A DNA stretch of 63,458 nt, the filler included, from Craspedostauros australis (taxonomy: Eukaryota): NCBI GenBank assembly GCA_030167865.1. It is 16 parts of 16 records of this genome, joined end to end, with 100 filler letters (N's around TTAATTAATTAA, not from the genome) between each part and the next. Parts side by side here need not be neighbours in the genome. Positions count along the whole stretch, not along the records: positions 48,196 to 50,191 come from JALAGF010000890.1; positions 50,292 to 52,691 come from JALAGF010000891.1; positions 52,792 to 55,040 come from JALAGF010000892.1; positions 55,141 to 56,997 come from JALAGF010000893.1; positions 57,098 to 63,458 come from JALAGF010000894.1; 11 more parts are not named here. The stretch is one strand, 5' to 3'. A model generated the notes under the pieces. The model worked only from the letters and a program-made list of their open reading frames with translations, was not told the origin of the DNA and searched no databases. Below, piece by piece: positions 49,101-60,595 of the stretch; position 1 is the first letter of the stretch, and every line of letters starts with the position of its first letter. A program made the translations under genes and the position numbers.

Positions 49101-50191
49101 ATGGATCGCGACATGATGAATGAGCACATCATGAATCAGCACATCCCTGATATCTACGACGATGCAAACAGAAATGTGAATGATAGCTTTGATGACACCA
49201 TAGGTCTATTCGGCAATATGAACGCAGACGGCACCACGCAGACAAACGATAGCCCGAGCTCACCAATGAATGTGAACATGGAAAAGGCTATGCTACGACT
49301 TAACCCGCATGAAGCGCCGGGACTCTCGTCGACTCCGATCGATGCCATCCTCAATCCATTGCAATTTCCCGCTACATCGCAGCACAAGCTAGGGACGCAA
49401 CAGCGGCATGACTGGCAGCAGGATGATGGCTTCGGCATACAAGAAAAGGAGCACACGTTCCATCACAAACCAACTCACCGCAAATCTTGTCAAGCTACGG
49501 ACCGAACACTGCTCGACCAAGCGACGGCCACCACGAGCAAACACGATGCGCAGCACCTTGACGGCTCTGAAAATGAAACGATGGTAGCCGATCTGGTCGA
49601 AGCGGCCCATTCGATGGCGCCGGACTACACGCAGCTGAAGGAGTCGAAGATCGACAAGCTACTGGCTGATGAGATGCACGCCATGTCGATAGTCGAACGC
49701 GAGAAAGCCTACGAGGACATCCATGGGGTTTCTCCTATGGCAGAGGAAACGGAAGAATTCCTTTCCACCAAGCTTGCAGAAATGGAGCATTGCTTGATGC
49801 ACGACCGTCACGCAACATCTGAATCCCTGCCATCATCTCAGAAGGGCGCGAATGGCAGAGCCGCATTCGATCAGGCCTGCTCCAAAAACTACGCGTATGT
49901 CAAAAGCATGTACCTGAAATTTCTGCGATGTGAATCGTATCGGCCGCAACAGGCAGCCAAGCGCATCGTACGGCATTTTGCCACCAAACTGGAGCTGTGG
50001 GGCGAAGAGAAGCTCACCAAGGATATCTCCATGCTCGAAGATATGGATGAGGAGACGAGAGAGGTGCTGTGTGGCTGTGCTGGCATGCAGCTCCTCCCCC
50101 AACGCGACTCGTCGGGCCGCGCCGTCGTCTTCTCGTGGGAGAGGTATCACCGACGCTTCTTCCGAACCAAGAAGCCACATATATTCATGGT
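49101..50191 (+). CDS. Diatom expanded-family protein with CRAL-TRIO N-terminal-like domain (partial)
   Basis: LADEMHAMSIVEREKAYEDIHGV, AFDQA..YV..LKFLRCE..AAKRIVRHF..KLELWG and QLLPQRDSSGRAV; ends at GT plus gap. Confidence 0.75.
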
Positions 50192-50911
50192 NNNNNNNNN
50201 NNNNNNNNNNNNNNNNNNNNNNNNNNNNNNNNNNNTTAATTAATTAANNNNNNNNNNNNNNNNNNNNNNNNNNNNNNNNNNNNNNNNNNNNAGTTGGGAC
50301 AGACTTGGTCCGGGATCCACTCGGGACCCAATCATCCGCATTGCGTACACGGTACCCGGTATCCGAACCCGATACTGCCATGAAAGGCTACCGCGCGCAT
50401 GTTGTATAGTTGAACCACAATCCATGCTCTACTCGTCCTCCAGCTCATGCAACCGCGCCACCTGTTCAGCTAACCATCTTGCAAATCCAACAAGCATCTT
50501 GAAGAGTATCCACACCCGTGGATCAAGTACTGCTCTACGGATGGGACTACTGAACAGCTGGGCATGTGCAGAACCACCACGACATGTTGCTGTACAACAC
50601 AAACGGCTCAAGCACGATGGCATGAATCCTGCCCTTTTACTCGATCGTCCTGTCAACAGTAAGCTTAACACATAAAACAAGCAATCAGAAACAATCTTTA
50701 CAGCTTACTCCCAAGTTTACTATAGTTACACCATCGTCTGATACAGCTTTGCTCTCAGCATCAAACGGCGTCAAAGCCGGTTGAAGGGCAGATCATCCTC
50801 CTGACAACGTGCAAAAGACACGGAATACTAACTGGTGTAGAGAGAATCGACTCATCCGAACAAGACAACACCGATTGGCACATCTGTCGTGGAAGACGCT
50901 ACATACACTCG

Positions 50912-50944
<33 letters not shown>

Positions 50945-51198
50945 CATAGTAGAGAGACCAATTGATGATGCGGAGACTCTGGCATGGGAGGGATGTCAAG
51001 CGTAATTAACAATTAACAATAGAGCAGGAGTAGGAATTAGCTGAATGGCAGAAGATGCGAGACCGCGCTCATTCATTGATGGCACTCCGTAGCATGCTGA
51101 AGTGCGATGAATAGCGTTGCATCCACTGTAGGTACCATACTCTACCCTGCGAGAATTCTATTCTAGTTGCTCGCCTTTCTCTCCAGAGAACCTCCCAA

Positions 51199-52017
51199 CT
51201 AATTCGCAGACGCAGCTGATCGTTCCACAACCAAGACAACGGGACGCCCTTCCGGATCCATTCGGTTGGATGCAACGGCCTCCATCACTTCCTCGAATGG
51301 TCGAAAGTCCGCGCTGTACATGAACCTCATGGTCTTGGGCGTGCCGATGCCTCCCGCCATGAGCTGCCATGTGGGGCCCGCCATCTCCATGCGGCACGCC
51401 GTGAAACCCCGCACGAGATCGCCGACCTGAATCCCAGCCGCGCCGCCATTCGAGCCATCGGCGATCTCATCGACGACCGTGGCGCCTGGCATGGTCTCCG
51501 ATTCGCCCAGAATGAGTCCCAACGGCAGCATCGTCTCGTGCACGCTGATGATGCTGTTGTCATCTTCCGGAAGCCTTCGTGGGAATTGCACCTTCTCGTC
51601 GACGCTGGACCCGTCCGGCTTCAGGATGGGGACCACCGCGCTGTACCGGTCGATGTATGCCTGACGTTCATCGAGCTCTGCCTGAATCTGCTGCTGCTCT
51701 TCCTCCGCAATGTCGCTCTTGCGCTGGTTGAAGGACTCCACTTCCTCGCGCAATTTGGCGGCTTGCTGGCGCAACTTCTCGGCCTCTTGCTCCAGGGATC
51801 CGAACAGCGGTCCTGCGCGGCGGCTGGACAAGCGCGGCTGCGTTTGTTGCTGCGCATGGCGCTGCTGTGGAAGGTTGTCATTGTCATCGACGCCACGAAT
51901 GCCATTGGATGGTGGGAGGAATGCTGCTCGAGACGAAGCAGTGGATGACGCGACCGTGTAATGCCATGATGCTGTGAATAGCAAGCATCCCAGTTCGAAT
52001 GCCCTCGATTGGAGCAT
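51199..52017 (-). CDS. Plastid-targeted coiled-coil plus PDZ-like domain protein, 272 aa
   Basis: Signal peptide with ASAFAP-like AAF-LPP; EAEKLRQQAAKLREEV coil; PLGLILGE..VVDEIADGSNGGAAGIQVGDLV PDZ-like pattern. Confidence 0.8.
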   Translation of the reverse strand: MLQSRAFELGCLLFTASWHYTVASSTASSRAAFLPPSNGIRGVDDNDNLPQQRHAQQQTQPRLSSRRAGPLFGSLEQEAEKLRQQAAKLREEVESFNQRKSDIAEEEQQQIQAELDERQAYIDRYSAVVPILKPDGSSVDEKVQFPRRLPEDDNSIISVHETMLPLGLILGESETMPGATVVDEIADGSNGGAAGIQVGDLVRGFTACRMEMAGPTWQLMAGGIGTPKTMRFMYSADFRPFEEVMEAVASNRMDPEGRPVVLVVERSAASAN

Positions 52018-52791
52018 GGCTTTGCTGCTGGATATGAGTACGAACTATTATATGAATAACGATCGAGCTTGATGCCAGCGCAGTCTTGGGAATAGATCCG
52101 TTTGGAGACGAGGAGGAGTTGAAGATTGGATGGGTGACGGAGTGACGAAGTGGGAGAAGGGCAATGAGACTGCCACAGAAGCAAAAAGAGGAGAACATCC
52201 ACAACCCGTGCGTGTGTTCGTTGTTCCACGATTCTTGGACTTCAACCACAAAGAGTTCATTCAGGTCACGAATCAAACGATCTTTTCAGACATCGAGAAG
52301 TTGTACCAACGCGCGCAGGGAGTTGTCGGAAAAAGAGAAAATCGCGTTTTTTGTGTCGGAGTCTGTTCACAAATGACAAGAAACTGCCAGTTGCCAGTTC
52401 GCCACACGTGATGGAGCGCACTCGATTCGAGATGTTCGACTCATACGACTACTACAAGAATGCCGAGTTGGTTCACGAGAGCAAACGATCATTTCTGAGT
52501 CCCGCATTGTGGCGTGTGTGGAGATGGGATTTCCTCGCTGCGGCGGTGTTTTGGTGTTGCTCATTCTCGTCACACTTTGCTGCGGTGGTCCGGAAAGCGC
52601 ACTGTCGTCTTGGTTGGCAGAACAAGTCCTTGTCTTCTGGTTTGTTGGCTTGTACTACTGTTATATTGAACTCATCAAAAGCCCACCAGGGNNNNNNNNN
52701 NNNNNNNNNNNNNNNNNNNNNNNNNNNNNNNNNNNTTAATTAATTAANNNNNNNNNNNNNNNNNNNNNNNNNNNNNNNNNNNNNNNNNNNN

Positions 52792-53770
52792 CTTCTTCTT
52801 CTTCTTCTTCGTCTTCTCGTTCGGCACCGCCGCGGCATCGGATTCCGTCACGCCATCATCATCATCATCATCATCATCGTCGTCGTCGTCGTCCTTGAGA
52901 CAGTGTCCGCGCAACGCCAACGCCAACGGCACGCGCTTATTGTCGGGCCGCAACCACCCGAAGAACTTGGTGATGGAGAGTCGCTGTTTGTGCGTGCCCG
53001 TCGTATGCGGTGCATGGCGCGCGGACGGCGTGAGCTTGGGCACGGGCGAGGCCGGAATGAACTTCTTGGCGAATGAGGCCGATCGCTTGACAGCGTCGAG
53101 GGGTTTGGTGACGCGGACGTGCTCCGATCGCGATGGATGCTGCTGGTTCTTTTTGGAAGCGTAGCTGCTGTCGCCGCTGGGCGTTTTGCGTGGGGCGCCG
53201 ATCGTGCGCGGGTGCCCCGATTGTGACTTTGGTTTGGAGCGATTGCGTCGCGGCATGGGTGGTTCGAAGGGTGGTGGCGATGGCATCGGTTTGATGCCGT
53301 TATCGGACGATGCATGCTGCGCCATGAAGTTGTCGTAATCCGTCCACAATCCGTCCACAATCCGTCCACACGCTGATGTCTTCATCCGACGGAACGAGGC
53401 GTTCTTGTGGATCGATGACGATGAGCACGGGAACGAAATGGGTCGATGCCGACGGTTCCGGCGCTTCTCTCGTGATCATGCGGTCGATGGAGCTCGTGCG
53501 GCCGTGTCGGAAGGATCGATTGATCGAGCGCAAGGCCGGACGGTCTTTCTCGTCTCACAGTTCGTCGCGGAAGTCTTCATCTTCATCGTCTTCATCCGAT
53601 TCCTCACTGCTGCTGTTGCTGCTACTACTGCTGCTGCTGCTCGAACTGGATTCCTCGCTGCCGCTGCTGTCCGTTTCGGAGTCATCAAGCGATTTCTGAT
53701 CCCAGCTGGCATTCTGATGCAAGACGCGATGGATCGTCCTGCTGGGGCTGCCATCGTGCGGCAGCGCAAG
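52792..53770 (-). pseudogene. Low-complexity acidic/Ser-rich protein fragment, frameshifted
   Basis: GC-rich coding-like sequence with poly-S, poly-D and poly-K tracts; the frame changes around an 11-bp tandem repeat at 53340-53371. Confidence 0.4.
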
Positions 53771-53833
53771 TTCATCGTCGCTTCGGTTGGCTGTGGCTGT
53801 GGCTGTGGCTGTGGCTGCTCATGTCGTCAATCT

Positions 53834-53927
53834 GATATTATATAATATAATATAATACTATTCTATTATATAATATTATAGAATATAATACTATTCTATT
53901 ATATAATATTATAGAATATAATACTAT
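53834..53927. repeat. Extremely AT-rich 33-bp tandem repeat (2.3 copies)
   Basis: TATAATACTATTCTATTATATAATATTATAGAA at 53851 and 53884, partial copy at 53917. Confidence 0.92.
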
Positions 53928-54084
53928 GTCTCCTCACAGTCTGATATCCCCAATGAGATGGCCTCCGCGGTGGCTCTGTGCGTCCTGAGCCATGGACCCC
54001 TCCTCCTCCCATACTCCTCCCATACTCCGAATTCGTTGTGATGCACCTGTGCGGGCCAAAACACGGGAGCGGATGCGAACCCCT

Positions 54085-55040
54085 CGAAGATTTGGTCGAC
54101 ATTTGGACTGATCATGGCGTTCTGCCATTCCACACCATCAAAAACAGCCACAAGAGAATGTCGTCCAAACCATGGCAGTGGAGGATCTTCTGCCACCTCT
54201 CCAACATCCGCCTCAACATCCATCCAATCATCCATCCATCCACCCAACCAAAACAGGATCACAAGCCACTCGCAGAAAATGTGCGGAGGCAGAATCCGAC
54301 GCCGCCTCCAATCTGTCCAATCTCTCCAATCTCTCCAGCCGGACGTCGTCATCTCCGTTCATCCAGCGATGAACTTCACACCCCTCAAGGAGACCATCCG
54401 CATCTCCAAGCATCAAGGCAAGCACATCCCAGTCTTCACCGTCGTTACGGATCTCGGCTCCGCTCACAGGATGTGGTTCTCGAAGCACGTTGATAAACTC
54501 TACGTCGCATCCGAACGTCTCCGCGTCACCGCCAGGAAGCAAGGCAGGACGCCCGACGAGAACATCGTCCTCACAGGACTACCCATCCGTCATGACTTTG
54601 CCGTACAGGCCGACAAGCTCGGCGACCGCACCTCCGAAACCGGCAAACAGTATCAGCATCAGATCCGCCAGCAGGTGCTTGGCGATGACGTCTATGACCC
54701 ATCCAAGAAGATGGTCCTCATCATGGGCGGCGGAGAAGGGGTTGGAGGATTGTCGGAGATTGTCGACCAAATGTACATCGACCTGGTCAACCGCGGTGTC
54801 GATGCCACAATCTGCGTCGTGTGCGGCCGAAATGAAAAGCTGAAGACTGATCTGGAGGCTCGTGATTGGGGCGCCATCATCAGGGAAGCAAACGAGGACG
54901 GCGGGGAGCAGTCCGCCGGACGACGACGACGACGAAGGAGAAACCGCCGCAGAACAAACAAGACAAGTCCGTTGGTCGCCGCCGTCGCCACTCCTGGCAA
55001 TGTCAACGTGGTTGGCTTGGGATTCGTGACCAACATGGCG
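54085..55040 (+). pseudogene. MGD: Monogalactosyldiacylglycerol synthase (GT28), 5'-damaged, 3' end cut by contig edge
   Basis: PDVVISVHP, FTVVTDLGSAHRMWF, GLPIRHDF, VLIMGGGEGVG, VVCGRNEKL and LGFVTNMA; the upstream block DIWTDHGVLPF..PWQW is in another frame; no SDTGGGH N-terminal motif. Confidence 0.85.
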
Positions 55041-55140
55041 NNNNNNNNNNNNNNNNNNNNNNNNNNNNNNNNNNNNNNNNNNNNTTAATTAATTAANNNN
55101 NNNNNNNNNNNNNNNNNNNNNNNNNNNNNNNNNNNNNNNN

Positions 55141-56997
55141 TGCTTGAACACTTCGCCGAAGTCAACCCGTTGGTTGTTACGTCGAAGTCGTTGGTGTCTG
55201 TCGCATATCGTGATATGCTTAGTAGTGTTATCGAGCTCGTGAGCCGTCGGTTTTCGTATGGGTATGCGCAGAGTGTTGCCGTCATGATTGGCCAGTGNTA
55301 TACTGATCCCCCCTGACGCGATGCGCTGTTGCCCTTGGTGTTGAAGTAGGCGATCGTAGACGTTCAGTCCGGACGCGCGCATATGATGAGTATTCATCAA
55401 TGATTCTGTCTGCCTTGGGTGCTCATCGAGCGCCACGTAGTTTGCCTTGATCAGAACCACATCCCCTATGGGTGATTCATACGCTGCCACCGCGTCGACC
55501 ATCTGGAAGGTCTCGATGTGTGATTCCATTGTCGCCCCGCGGGCTTGGAAAGTCTGCTTGTGTCTTCGGGTCACCACCCATCCGGATTCATGCACGATGT
55601 CGCCGTCCGCCCCTGAGTCCAATATGATGTAGCCCTGGCTACCGTCCATCACTCTTGCCCTGCGAAGACAGTGNNNNNNNNGCGGGTGGGTTATGCTCGA
55701 CGGCGGCACTCGGGGTTCCACAATGCGTGCACGCTTGGGCCGTCCCTCTGCAGCTGTACGCGTCTCCCCCCTACAGTTGCGGGGCTTGATACGGATGGCA
55801 ACCTCAGACTGACGGCGAAGTGTGCCCGTCGTTGGTTGTCAAGAGCTGTCGCCGTATGATCCGCGTTTCTTGCCGTCGCGAGTCGGGGTCCCGTGGGGTC
55901 GGTCGCGCTTGGCTGCTCTGCGTGTGAGCGGCAGCTGGAGATTCTGTGCGAACTCCGCTGGCTTGAGTTTCTTGAGGGTCTCATCGTCGATGTTCTTCCC
56001 GTTCTTGCGGTAGTGCCGCGTGGCCTCCACAAGGAGTGCCTGTTGGCAGGCTGGGAGGCGTCTGAAGACGCTGTCCGACAGCCGAAATGCGGGCGCGGAT
56101 TTGCGGTCGCCGGATTGGCCATCGTGTGGTCGCTTGCGGTCGTTGCGTCCGCCCTGCTTGGTTTGGAGTCGGCGGTTGCGCCGAGGAGATTGATGTGCTT
56201 CGATGTTGGTCAGCACACGATCATGTTCCATGAGTTCCTTGCGGATCTCTGTGAAGGTGAGCTTCTGCTTTCGGAGACGCGACACCTCGCTCATGTATCG
56301 TTCATCGCGTATATTGCGGAAGAATTGCGCAATGATGTGCTCTTCCGTCATGTCCTTGCCGTTGTCCTTCATGACTTGAATAGACTTGGAGAACGCGTTG
56401 ACGTACTTGGTGAATGGCTCTGATCCGTCGAAGGAGAGCTGAGTCACGTAGACTTCTTGCTCGGCGACTGTTTGCGCCTGGTTCTCCTCAGATTCGTAGA
56501 GCTGGATTAATGCTTGCCAGGCATCGTGTCCGCTGTTGCGGTTGGCGGAGACGAGGAAGTCGGCGTCTCCCTGATAGGTCAGTGCGTTGATGACCGAATG
56601 GAACTGCCGGTCAACGTGCTGTTCGTATCCAGCTGGACGTTCCTGGTCCATGTACTTGGAGAATCGAGTGGTCACCATGGACCGCTCGAANGATATCTTC
56701 CAATCGCGCCAGTCTTCGTTCAGACCGGAGAAAGGGAGAGGATCGGGGATGGAAACCTTGTCATAGCGCCAGTTGGTAGGTGTTGATGGAGAGCGCATGC
56801 TTGCGCCTCCGCGTTGCGGCGAGCGCACAACCATCTCGTTGGTTTGCACGGCTGCGGCCGCTGTCTTCATGTCCATCTCGAGACGAAGTTTGGTCGTCGA
56901 GATCGCCACTGATGAGTCGATGGTTGGCAGCTTGTAGTTGCGACCTTCGTTGAAGTCATGGATGGCTTCCCAGTTCGTTGTGTCGTCGACGGCGTTG
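55141..56997 (-). mobile_element. Second Copia-type lineage: gag and aspartic protease fragment
   Basis: Gag motifs PFSGLNEDWRDWK, GHDAWQALIQLYE and FFRNIRDERY; protease IILDSGADGDIV..GWVV; ESLMNTHHMRASGLNVYD; frames interrupted. Confidence 0.75.
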
Positions 56998-57147
56998 NNN
57001 NNNNNNNNNNNNNNNNNNNNNNNNNNNNNNNNNNNNNNNNNTTAATTAATTAANNNNNNNNNNNNNNNNNNNNNNNNNNNNNNNNNNNNNNNNNNNNTGC
57101 AAAAGTCAATGAACAAAACACCGCGATAGCCCGTGTTGTGAATTACG

Positions 57148-57474
57148 TCTTCTCACGATGTTGCTAGTAGTACGATCGCACGATTGATCGTATTCACTTG
57201 AGAAGGTCATGGCAAGATTCGCACGTGTCACACCCAAGATCCAAGTCTGTCCTGATTGGGCAGATTGGCTCATCTTGGCAAGAAATCAATTTCCACGACA
57301 TTTTTGGATCTGTGATTGAGGGAAAACGATTCTTGCGACGCGAAATGCGACACAAATCTGACACAACGGATTGTCGACCAAAATTTCCGTTCGGAACGGA
57401 AAAGGTAAGAAAAGTGAAGATTTCTGATTGGTCGACGGGTGTCGCTATTGTTAGAGATTTAGCGTGCGCTAATA
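57148..57474. repeat. Dispersed 327-bp repeat, probable transposon terminus (copy 2)
   Basis: Reverse complement of 8197-8523 with only a few substitutions. Confidence 0.85.
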
Positions 57475-58512
57475 TCGTTACAGTAACTCCTCTTCGACAA
57501 GTTCACTCCTCTTGAACTGCATTGCACGGTTCTCCTGAAACCGGCAGTTTGCAAGGCCTTTCCCACCGAATCATGTCACCAACAGAGCACACATTCCAAC
57601 TATGGGTGTCGATGACGTTGGATGTGTGATGTGGGGTGTGACATCTTCCGACGATTTGTGTATTGTTGGGACGCACAGAATGTCATGACCTGTGGCGCAT
57701 GCTAACGTGTAATTAACGCGTACCAAACGAACGACACCTACTGAAGCAAGTCCGTGACTGATCACCTCATGATAAATACATGAGAACATCCTGCAACCTT
57801 CAGCCAACAACAACGGGTTTTGTCCTGTTGGACCCACGTGACTGCTATGCATACACACATCACTCCATAAAATTTAAACTAGGGCCTTTCTCAAAATCCA
57901 TCGGTTGCTTAGTTATAAGGAGATTATAAGGATTTCGAATATGTGGTTGGTTTGGATATCTCAGATTCAAGCTAGAATTTCCATTTCAAAGTGTTGGTCG
58001 ACTCACTCGAGGGGCTCATAGATTGAATTCTGATGCTTGCGAGCTGGTAGGTGCTGCAAAGGAGAGACCTCAAGACGCATAGAAGACGATCCTATCCAGC
58101 GTTAGTGGCTGTTGTTCTTGCTGCTCCAAGCTGTGGTCCTCGACGTTGTTTTCTTCTGCTCTGACAGGATTCTGTTGCTGACACATGCACACGTACAAAG
58201 CCACTCTAGACTGGCGTCGCGTAGGAGTCACCGCACAAGACCGGATGACGCCGCCGGTTGACTGCCAGGCGCTACGACCCGGATGATCCAAAATCTCGGT
58301 TCCCAAAATACCACTCGGGATTTCTGGAAACCACAAGCAAACAGAGGCAAACAGAGGCAAACACGAAGATACTGGCGCACAAAAAGAGAAAAGACGACCA
58401 CGCGAACACAACAACAACACACACCAATCAACCCCCACTTGAGCACATCAACAACAGACATCGAATTGTCACTCATACTCATCACACAGTCCATGGTACT
58501 CATAATGTCATA

Positions 58513-59766
58513 ATGCCAGCCAGTGCAGCCACCACCATCGATATCTCTGCCATAGATAGCTCAGACTCCACACTTCCTCGACGGCCAATCCAACTCCCAT
58601 CGTCCAACGTCCAACGTCCAGCGACCATCGACCATCCTCTCACAATGCCGAATGTGACGAAATATCAACTCTTTGATGCTGTCTGGGCAGGTGACTTGTC
58701 AGGGTTGAAGGAATGGAAGAAGCAGAACGAGGCACAGAACAAAGGAGTTGATGTCAGCAACGTTACGAACTGGCTTGGTCAGCCTCTCCTTCATGTGGCA
58801 TGCTGCGAAGGCCACCTGGAGTGTGTCAAGTACCTCATCAAATCATGCGGGGCGAACATCAACCGCCAAAACCGCTTTGGTTGGACTCCCCTTCGTGTGG
58901 CATGCATGTACGGCAACCTGGAGTGTGCCAAATACCTCATCGAATCAAGCGAGGCGAACATCAACTGCAAAACCAACGATGGTCGCACTCCCCTTCATTG
59001 GGCATGCCGCAACGGCAACCTGGAGTTTGTGAAGTACCTCATCAAATCATGTGGGGCTGACATCAACTGCGAAGACAACAATGGTTGCACTCCCCTTCAT
59101 ACGGCATACTTCGTTGGCCACCTGGAGTGTGTGAAGTACTTCGTCGAATCATGTGGGGCTGACATCAACTGCAAAATCAACAATGGTCTCACTCCCCTTC
59201 ATTCGGCATGTAGCCATGGTGACCTGTACCGTGTGAAGTACCTCATCAAATCATGTGGAGCTGACACCAACTGCCAAAACGGCTATGGTTCCACTCCCCT
59301 TCATGAGGCATGCTCCAACGGCTACCTGGAGTGTGTGAAGTACCTCATCAAATCATGTGGAGCTGACATCAACTGCAAAAACAACAATGGTCTCATTCCC
59401 CTTCATGAGGCATGCTGCAATGGCAAGCTGGAGTGTATGAAGTACCTCATTGAATCAGGTGAAGCGAACATCAACTGCAAAGACAACAATGGTGATACCC
59501 CCCTTCATGTGGCATGCCACAATAGCCACCTGGAGTGTGCGAAGTACCTCATCGAATCAGGTGGGGCGAACATCAACTGCCAAAACAACAATGGTTCCAC
59601 TCCCCTTCGTTGGGCATGCATGCGCGGCCACCTGGAGTGTATGGAGTCCCTCATTAGAGGACTTTCGCCTTCAGTTCACCCACAACTGCAACAACGCTGG
59701 CAACAAAACGAGCAAGAGAATGAACACAAACACAGTAGCCACAAGAGGACCAACGTCAGCATTTGA
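58513..59766 (+). CDS. Ankyrin-repeat protein (nine 34-aa repeats), probably the 5' part of an ankyrin-BTB gene
   Basis: TPLHxAC..GxLECVKYLI.S.GA.INC...NG repeated with a 102-bp period at about 58780-59660. Confidence 0.9.
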   Translation: MPASAATTIDISAIDSSDSTLPRRPIQLPSSNVQRPATIDHPLTMPNVTKYQLFDAVWAGDLSGLKEWKKQNEAQNKGVDVSNVTNWLGQPLLHVACCEGHLECVKYLIKSCGANINRQNRFGWTPLRVACMYGNLECAKYLIESSEANINCKTNDGRTPLHWACRNGNLEFVKYLIKSCGADINCEDNNGCTPLHTAYFVGHLECVKYFVESCGADINCKINNGLTPLHSACSHGDLYRVKYLIKSCGADTNCQNGYGSTPLHEACSNGYLECVKYLIKSCGADINCKNNNGLIPLHEACCNGKLECMKYLIESGEANINCKDNNGDTPLHVACHNSHLECAKYLIESGGANINCQNNNGSTPLRWACMRGHLECMESLIRGLSPSVHPQLQQRWQQNEQENEHKHSSHKRTNVSI

Positions 59767-60595
59767 GAGGACAGCTCAGATCCTTCCAAACTGAGAACAA
59801 GGCAGACAATATCTTCTTGTGCGGACAGGGTGACGACCGGCAACCAATCAAGGCAAACTCTGGAGTCCTCATGATCGCTGTCCCATCCATTCAGACACTG
59901 ATCGACAAAGGAATCCAACATCAATGCACGAATGATGACACCGAAGACGGCGCGGCTCAATCCAAACAACCATCCCTCTTCCCCACCTCCAACCAAAACA
60001 CATCCGATACATCCTCCAATGCATCTACACAGGCAAGATATCCTTCAATGACAGCGCTCGTGACAACGCCGCCACTCACATCGGTGCTCACGCCAACGAT
60101 CACCACGATACAGATGCCTCTCACCAGCCAACTCCCATCCTCACTGGACAGGATGATCTGCAACAGCTGATCCTTGTGGCCAACGAGTTTGGCTTCTGAC
60201 GACTCAAGCTTGTTCTTGAATCAGAGTTGGCCCGCAAGCATCTCACAGAAGACACCATGATAGATGCGTTGATATTCGCTGATCAACACAACTGCGTGGT
60301 GTTGAAGGATATGGCGATGAGAATGGCAGCTGAAAGTGAGAAGGATACGTTCACTCATCTAGATTTAAGCAAACTAATTCTACAACCTCAACTGATGGGA
60401 GGCATTCATGTCCTCCGCAATGGGGGAGCGGAGAGTGATGGTACTGATGATGAGTACAGCCACATGTCCATGATGGACCTGTACAAGGTTGTAGATGAGG
60501 ACAAGGGTACAGAACAAATGGATTCATACATGGATCGGGCGACATTGGTGGACTTCGTCCGCTCAATGAGAACCAGCTCTATGAGAGCCAATTGA
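59763..60595 (+). pseudogene. Disrupted BTB/POZ (SPOP-like) domain with helical C-terminal extension
   Basis: ADNIFLC..IKANSGVL; after a frameshift near 59960, TIPLPHLQPKHIRYILQCIYTGKI..LILVANEFGF*RLKLVLESEL..LTEDTMIDALIFADQHNCVVLKDMAM, with TGA at 60197. Confidence 0.75.

Noticed and set aside
2683..57053. Recurring TTAATTAATTAA as a biological repeat, CRISPR repeat or TTAA target site
   Set aside because: Always centred in exactly 44+44 N; it is an assembly linker.
58780..59660. Regular repeats with variable segments resembling a CRISPR array or DGR cassette
   Set aside because: In-frame 102-bp ankyrin units; no cas genes, template repeat or DGR-type RT.
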